A stretch of DNA of 64,000 bases from assembly GCA_963674745.2 (NCBI GenBank), contig CAXXDV010000003.1, positions 32,001-96,000 of the forward strand, read 5' to 3'. The notes beneath the pieces are model-generated. The model was not told the origin of the DNA. It saw only the letters and a list, made by a program, of their open reading frames with translations, and made no database searches. Origin of the DNA: Desulfosudaceae bacterium. GTDB lineage: Bacteria > Desulfobacterota > Desulfobacteria > Desulfobacterales > Desulfosudaceae. The position numbers and the translations under genes were made by a program. Positions 58,509-64,000 of the stretch are shown here, in pieces. Position 1 is the first letter of the stretch; every line of letters begins with the position of its first letter.

Positions 58509-59021
58509 TTAAGCGTCCTGCTCGGTTTCATTTTCCTGCTGATGGACGCTGGAAATCATGGAGAGTTCCTGGCTGGAAAAGATGTCCTGGATGTCGAGCA
58601 GGATGACAAAACGTTCACCCAGCTTGCCGATACCCTGGATAAACCGGGTATCGATTCGACTTCCCAACCTGGGTGATGCTTCAATCTGTTCCGGCGCGAT
58701 GTCCAGCACCTCCTGAACCCCATCAACCAGCGCACCCATGGTGGCAGATTCCCCTTCAATTTCCAGCTCAACAATAATGATGCAGGTATTGACGGTTTGT
58801 TCGATTGTTTCCATGCCGAATTTTTGCCTCAAATCAATAACCGGTACCACGTGTCCGCGGACATTGATGACGCCGCGCATGAAGTCCGCCGTCATGGGCA
58901 CTTTGGTGATGGCCGTATACTCAAGAACCTCCCGCACCAAAAGAATATTCAGTCCGAACAGTTCCTCATCCAGGTAAAAGGTGAGATAGGTGCTATTTTG
59001 GTTTTTTGAGGTTTCGTTCAT
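58509..59021 (-). CDS. cheW: Chemotaxis protein CheW
   Basis: YLTF, GVINVRG.VVPVIDL. Confidence 0.95.
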   Translation of the reverse strand: MNETSKNQNSTYLTFYLDEELFGLNILLVREVLEYTAITKVPMTADFMRGVINVRGHVVPVIDLRQKFGMETIEQTVNTCIIIVELEIEGESATMGALVDGVQEVLDIAPEQIEASPRLGSRIDTRFIQGIGKLGERFVILLDIQDIFSSQELSMISSVHQQENETEQDA

Positions 59022-60657
59022 GGTTGTCTCCTATTAAACCGGTTCCGGCTGTCTTGAAAAATCCCATGCTGGCCTGAAGTTGTTGAGCCTGGGAGGCGAG
59101 TCCTTCGGCTGTGGAAGAAACCTCTTCAGCAGAAGTGGCGTTCTGTTGCACAACCTGGTCAAGCTGAGCAATGGCCTGGTTGATCTGGGCCGCCCCCGCT
59201 CTCTGTTCTTTGGAGGCGGCGCTGATTTCCTGAATCAGTTCGGCGGTTTTGCGGATGTCGGGAACGATTTTTTTCAGCATTTTCCCAGCCTCTTCCGCTA
59301 CTTCTACGCTGGTGACGGAAAGCTCCCCGATTTCTTTGGCTGCCTGGCCGCTGCGTTCAGCCAGTTTACGAACCTCGGCCGCTACCACGGCAAAGCCCTT
59401 GCCGGCTTCACCCGCACGGGCCGCTTCAATGGCCGCGTTCAAGGCCAGCAGGTTTGTCTGGCGGGCGATTTCTTCCACAATTGAAGTCTTGTCGGCTATG
59501 TCTTTCATGGCCCGGACGGTGTTACGTACCTGTTCCCCTCCCGCTTCAATATCCTGAGACGCCTGGCGGGCGATCTTTTCAGTTTCCATGGCATGGTCTG
59601 CGTTCTGGTTGATGTTGGCACCCATCTCTTCCATGCTGGAGGTAATCTCTTCCAGGTGGGAGGCCTGTTCAGTGGCGGCCTGGGACAGTTCTTCGGAAGA
59701 GGAACTCATCTGTTCACTGCCGACGGAAGCTTCGCTTGAAGCGGTTTTAACCTGGTAAATAATGTCATTCAGGCTTTCCTTCATCACGGCCATGGCATTG
59801 GTGATATCCTGAAGTTCATCTGCTACAGCCGTCCGCTGCACTTCAGCCATGAGGTCACCAGCGCCGACATTGCGGGCTGTATCTTTTACGGCGGCCAGTT
59901 TTAACGAAATACTTTTGATAAGCAGAAAAGAGAGCATGAAGGCAAGCGAAATACCGATGATGGAAATAACAATGATCTTATTCACAAGGACATTTATTTC
60001 AATATTTGGTGTCGTGATGTACACTAGAAAATAAGAGAGCAGCAGTAAAAAAGGGGTTGTCGCAGCCAGCAGAAAAGCGACCGCCATTTTTGTGGAGGTG
60101 TTTAACCGCGGCAGTTTAAGCTGGTCGATCCATCGAGGGAATGCGCCGATATTGAGATGTTTCTGGGTATGCAGCTCCATGGTGAAAAAGTAAATAACCG
60201 TTCCCAGCGAGATGGCGATAAACAGCAGAAAAACAATATTGACGATCTGTATCGCCGATACATCAGTGTAAATGAACAAAGGGATGAAAACGATTGCCAG
60301 GCCGGTGACCCAGTTAAAGGCACCGTTAAAGGCTTTTCTGTAAGGCAGCAGCAGAAAGTTTTTCAGGGCCTTTTCGTATTCGTTGTCTTTGATCGTCCGG
60401 CCGGATAAATATCGATTAAAATAATCTCTGACAGGCTTTAACATGGTGTAGTTAAAGTAGACCGTCGGAAGAAAGGAAAAAAGAACGCCGGCGGGAATGC
60501 TGAAGATCAGGATACCGAGCTGTTCCCCCGAAACGGAGATATTGGACCAGACGTGAAAAGCCACAACAGGGACAAGGAATAAATAGGCAATGCCTTCATT
60601 GATCAATAATGAGTTAATTATAAAACGTCTGAGTTTTTGGTTTTGCTCGGTCTTCAT
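58993..60657 (-). CDS. Multi-TM methyl-accepting chemotaxis protein
   Basis: TM block, [22 protein letters not shown]. Confidence 0.95.
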   Translation of the reverse strand: MKTEQNQKLRRFIINSLLINEGIAYLFLVPVVAFHVWSNISVSGEQLGILIFSIPAGVLFSFLPTVYFNYTMLKPVRDYFNRYLSGRTIKDNEYEKALKNFLLLPYRKAFNGAFNWVTGLAIVFIPLFIYTDVSAIQIVNIVFLLFIAISLGTVIYFFTMELHTQKHLNIGAFPRWIDQLKLPRLNTSTKMAVAFLLAATTPFLLLLSYFLVYITTPNIEINVLVNKIIVISIIGISLAFMLSFLLIKSISLKLAAVKDTARNVGAGDLMAEVQRTAVADELQDITNAMAVMKESLNDIIYQVKTASSEASVGSEQMSSSSEELSQAATEQASHLEEITSSMEEMGANINQNADHAMETEKIARQASQDIEAGGEQVRNTVRAMKDIADKTSIVEEIARQTNLLALNAAIEAARAGEAGKGFAVVAAEVRKLAERSGQAAKEIGELSVTSVEVAEEAGKMLKKIVPDIRKTAELIQEISAASKEQRAGAAQINQAIAQLDQVVQQNATSAEEVSSTAEGLASQAQQLQASMGFFKTAGTGLIGDNHERNLKKPK

Positions 60658-60769
60658 TCAATCAATTCCTTTCCTGAGCTCTCCAGGGGCCGACCCTCAT
60701 AATGCATAATTTAAAGAACGCCATACTGTCATACATCTGTAAGGATGGGTGGTGAGGCCATCTTATTGT

Positions 60770-62935
60770 TTATGCCCTTTTTTTTTCATGACGCAGATTG
60801 TTTTCCGCTTTGAGTATCAACGGTTCTACATCCAGGATGAGGGCGATGCTTCCATCTCCCTGGATGGTTGCCCCGGAGACGCCCTGGATATTTTTATAGG
60901 CGTCACCCAGGTTTTTTATGACGGTCTGCTGCAGGCCGATGACTTCATCTACCACCAGGCCGACCAGGTGTTTATCCGAGGCGACAATCACCAGCTGTTC
61001 TTTTCCCGGTTTCTGTTCGTCGACGGAAAACCATTCTCTCAGCCTTAAAAACGGCACCAGCTGGTCTCGCAGATTGATGAACCTGTTTTCATGTGAATCG
61101 TAGTTTTTCTGTTCCATCTCCAGGCACTCACTGACAACCGCCAGGGGGACGATATAATGTTGTCCGGCAATTGAGACCTCTAGGCCGTCGATGATGGCCA
61201 GTGTCAGGGGAATGGTCATCCTGATCGAAGAACCCAGGCCCTTTTCGCTGTTTACCGATACTTTTCCCCTTAAGGCGGTGATACTCTGTTTGACCACGTC
61301 CATGCCCACGCCACGGCCGGAAATGTCGCTGACCTGCCCGGCGGTTGAAAAGCCGGGCTCGAATATAAGATTGAGCAGATCTTTCGCATCCGGATTCGCG
61401 TCCGGCGGCAGAAACCCCTTTTCAATGGCTTTGGCTTTAATGATTTCCGGGTCAATTCCCCGGCCGTCATCTGATATGGTGATAATGACATGGCCGCCTG
61501 AATGTTCGGCCGAAAAAACAATTTTGCCCTGGGGGGGCTTACCGGCCCTGGTTCTTTCTTCCGGTGTTTCGATGCCGTGATCGATACTGTTCCTTAACAA
61601 GTGAACAAGTGGGTCGTCCAGCCTTTCGATAACCGTTTTGTCCAGTTCTGTGGCCGCGCCTTCAGTTACCAGTTCTACTGTTTTCCCTCGCTGGGTAGAC
61701 ATATCCCAGACCACGCGTTTGAATTTTCCAAAGCTGGCGCCAATGGGGAGCATGCGTATATCCAGCGTGTTTTCCCGCAGGTCATTACTTAACCGCTCGA
61801 TGACCTCGGCGATTTCGATCAACTCCAGGTTTTCTTCATGATCAGCCAGTCGTGTCAGACGGGTTTGGGCGATAACCAGCTCGCCGACCAGGTTGACCAG
61901 TTGGTCGAGTTTGGCTGACTGTACGCGCATGCTGGAAATCGTGCCGGCAGCCCCTGCTCCTCTCCGGTCTTTACCCGTACGTCGGTCCCTTGATGAACGG
62001 CGGTCCTGTGCGGTTCGCCGTTCTTTTTCGGCGCTCTGTTTAACCGGCCCGGCATCGTCTGTACTGTCTTTTGCTTGACGGTTTTCTAAAGGCGTCTCGG
62101 CTTCTGCTTTGGCATCAGAAAAACATCTGCGCAGCGCCTCAATGTCCATTTTTTCGTCATCCAACAGCATGAGCGACAGTTCGTCAAAAGCCGATGCCTC
62201 CTGTCCGGGTTGAATGTTTTCGGCAATAACGGCAATCGATAATTCACAGTCATGTTCGACAAAGATAAAAACATCCCTGATCGCGTTGATATTCTTATCT
62301 GTGGCCAGGAGGATGTCCCACCAGACATAACAGGCTTCGGGGTCAATGGCGTCCAGGAGCGGAAGGCTTCCGGTATGCGCTAAAATCCGGGTACTTCCCA
62401 GCTCATTCAACTCATCCAGAAGAAACAGCGGGTTGGTGCCGTTGTTAAAGATTCCCGGGTGGGGTTTGAAGCGGATATGAAAAGCCGTCCAACTCAGAGA
62501 AACAGCGTCCTGGCCGGTGTCTGCCTGTTCCGTCATGACGTCCGGGCCGGTTTCTTTTTTTTCCCCGATCTCCCTGAAAAAACGTGCCAGCGCGTCAATC
62601 GTTGCGGCAGCTACTGCGTCAGGGTCGTCAATCAGCAGTTGAAACTGGTCTTTGGCTTTTAGGGTTAATTCCACCAGTGAGTGGTCGATCCGGTAAAGGC
62701 CGTCCCTGACGCTGTCAAAAACCGTTTCCACTTCGTGAGCCAGTTCCGCAAGCCGGTCAAAACCGAACATGGCACCGGAACCTTTCAGGGTATGCAGAGC
62801 CCTGAAGGCCCGGTTAATCAATTCCGGATCATCCGGGTTTTTGTCCAGTTCCAGGAGGCTGTTTTCCAGTTCCGGCAGTAACTCATCCCGGGCTTCATCA
62901 ATGAATATCTGTCTGGCTTTTAAGATTTTTGACAT
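60770..62935 (-). CDS. cheA: Chemotaxis histidine kinase CheA
   Basis: Hpt HTLKG, HLLRNSIDHG, SGRGVGMDVV, CheW domain. Confidence 0.97.
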   Translation of the reverse strand: MSKILKARQIFIDEARDELLPELENSLLELDKNPDDPELINRAFRALHTLKGSGAMFGFDRLAELAHEVETVFDSVRDGLYRIDHSLVELTLKAKDQFQLLIDDPDAVAAATIDALARFFREIGEKKETGPDVMTEQADTGQDAVSLSWTAFHIRFKPHPGIFNNGTNPLFLLDELNELGSTRILAHTGSLPLLDAIDPEACYVWWDILLATDKNINAIRDVFIFVEHDCELSIAVIAENIQPGQEASAFDELSLMLLDDEKMDIEALRRCFSDAKAEAETPLENRQAKDSTDDAGPVKQSAEKERRTAQDRRSSRDRRTGKDRRGAGAAGTISSMRVQSAKLDQLVNLVGELVIAQTRLTRLADHEENLELIEIAEVIERLSNDLRENTLDIRMLPIGASFGKFKRVVWDMSTQRGKTVELVTEGAATELDKTVIERLDDPLVHLLRNSIDHGIETPEERTRAGKPPQGKIVFSAEHSGGHVIITISDDGRGIDPEIIKAKAIEKGFLPPDANPDAKDLLNLIFEPGFSTAGQVSDISGRGVGMDVVKQSITALRGKVSVNSEKGLGSSIRMTIPLTLAIIDGLEVSIAGQHYIVPLAVVSECLEMEQKNYDSHENRFINLRDQLVPFLRLREWFSVDEQKPGKEQLVIVASDKHLVGLVVDEVIGLQQTVIKNLGDAYKNIQGVSGATIQGDGSIALILDVEPLILKAENNLRHEKKRA

Positions 62936-62998
62936 GTTCTACCTGTGAATCCGGTTTATGTTTTAGATGGTTGTATCCTTTGCAGCGGCCTCTGCCGG

Positions 62999-63328
62999 TT
63001 ACTGTTGGTCTCTATTGCAAAACGCCTGCTTGAACAGGCAGGCTGAATTATCGCAATCTTCGCATGCCTGGATAAAGCCCACTTTTCTGAATCTTTCCGC
63101 CACAGCGGGTGGCGGTTGGTTTCGTAATACAAGTCGTTTGTTCTTTTTCGAATAGCTTCGGCAGGCCGAACAGATGAGTTGAAAAAAAGCCGTGTCGCAT
63201 TTACCTGTAGCCGACATATCGACTTCAACCTTATCTTCCGGCCCGTTTAAAAAATGAAGCAGCAGTTTATGCAGCTTCTCCCACCCGGTTTACCAGGCCA
63301 GTCACCATGCAGAATGATTTCCTCCCAT
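62999..63328 (-). pseudogene. STAS-domain gene with apparent frameshifts (possibly sequencing errors)
   Basis: AAGGAG then ATG. Removing three single-base insertions gives MEEIILHGDWLVNRVEKLH...VDMSATGKCDTAFFQLIC. Confidence 0.65.
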
Positions 63329-63371
63329 TATTGGCGTGTCTCCTTTATTCCCCCCAACAGCCTGTCATCGT

Positions 63372-63761
63372 TTAAAAAGATACGGATCTTTTAATGTTAT
63401 TGTTTAGTCGCTGCTCAATCAGGGATATATAATCGTATCGTCTGCTTCATCCGAAGTCATATATCTCGGATAGAGCTTGAGCAGTTTGCGCCATTTGTTC
63501 ATGGGACGCCGTTTCATTAAAGATGAGAATAATATTCAATTCCTTCAGGTCGTTCTGGAATTCGAGCAGACCCGCAACCGGTGAATCACAGCCGACATGA
63601 ATGACCATGATCTCAATGTTATACATAGAGGCCCGGAGTCGTTCCCGCAGGTCTTCCAGACTGTATAAGTACTCAGTATTAAAAGGAAAATTGAGCCTAA
63701 TCAGCCCTTCAAGTCCGTTTTCCCGTTCCTTAGGATCGCATAAATTGGCATAAACAATCAT
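63372..63761 (-). CDS. Hypothetical degenerate receiver-like protein, probable frameshift near 63490
   Basis: Track ORF ends at 63447; the alternative frame continues KLLKLYPRYMTSD...SVSF*. Confidence 0.5.
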
Positions 63762-63809
63762 TTACAAATTTCCTCATGATATAAGAATTATCTCATTGTG
63801 AAGAAAATT

Positions 63810-63825
63810 AGCAATAATTGTGCCT
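63810..63825 (-). promoter_or_regulatory. Sigma54 promoter for the che operon
   Basis: AGGCAC-AATTA-TTGCT. Confidence 0.65.
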
Positions 63826-64000
63826 TTTTTATGCGGTGTTTAAAATATATAGCAAAATCAAATCATTAAACTTAATTCTCGGCCTGTCCGACCGCTTGTG
63901 AAGCGGGCGGACAAGATTGCGGCCATAAAGTACCATTTGTCCTGGCGGTCAAAAAAACCGATTAATGCTTTATATATAATGGTTTACGGATTTTCGGCCG

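Noticed and set aside
63885..63913. Hairpin TGTCCG..CCGCTT/AAGCGG..CGGACA as an ncRNA
   Set aside because: A single short stem at the window edge with no supporting context.

Overview
Bacterial chromosomal window, probably from an anaerobic Desulfobacterales-like deltaproteobacterium (inferred from gene content, not proven). 1-6.1 kb is the distal end of an integron cassette array: 12 cassettes, attC sites of 124-128 bp in three sequence families, and no intI in the window. One cassette appears to encode a UGA-readthrough selenoprotein with a SECIS-like hairpin, and another is ORF-less and structured. 6.1-18.2 kb is an AT-rich accessory zone punctuated by three tmRNA 3'-end fragments that look like tandem island att scars. 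It holds an AbiE-like TA pair, Fic, HicBA, an Rhs fragment, XerD-like remnants, rve, ISL3 and IS66 elements, REP-like repeats and a candidate ~65-nt sRNA. 18.4-64 kb is more core-like: TonB receptor, ABC substrate-binding protein, P-type ATPase, an arsR-arsM-arsEFG-acr3 operon, MscS, a c-di-GMP-I riboswitch ahead of a 1363-aa surface protein, an octaheme HAO-like/NapC/hcp/HcpR cluster, mgtE with a structured leader, and a sigma54-type chemotaxis/c-di-GMP cluster. All calls were made by eye, without database searches.
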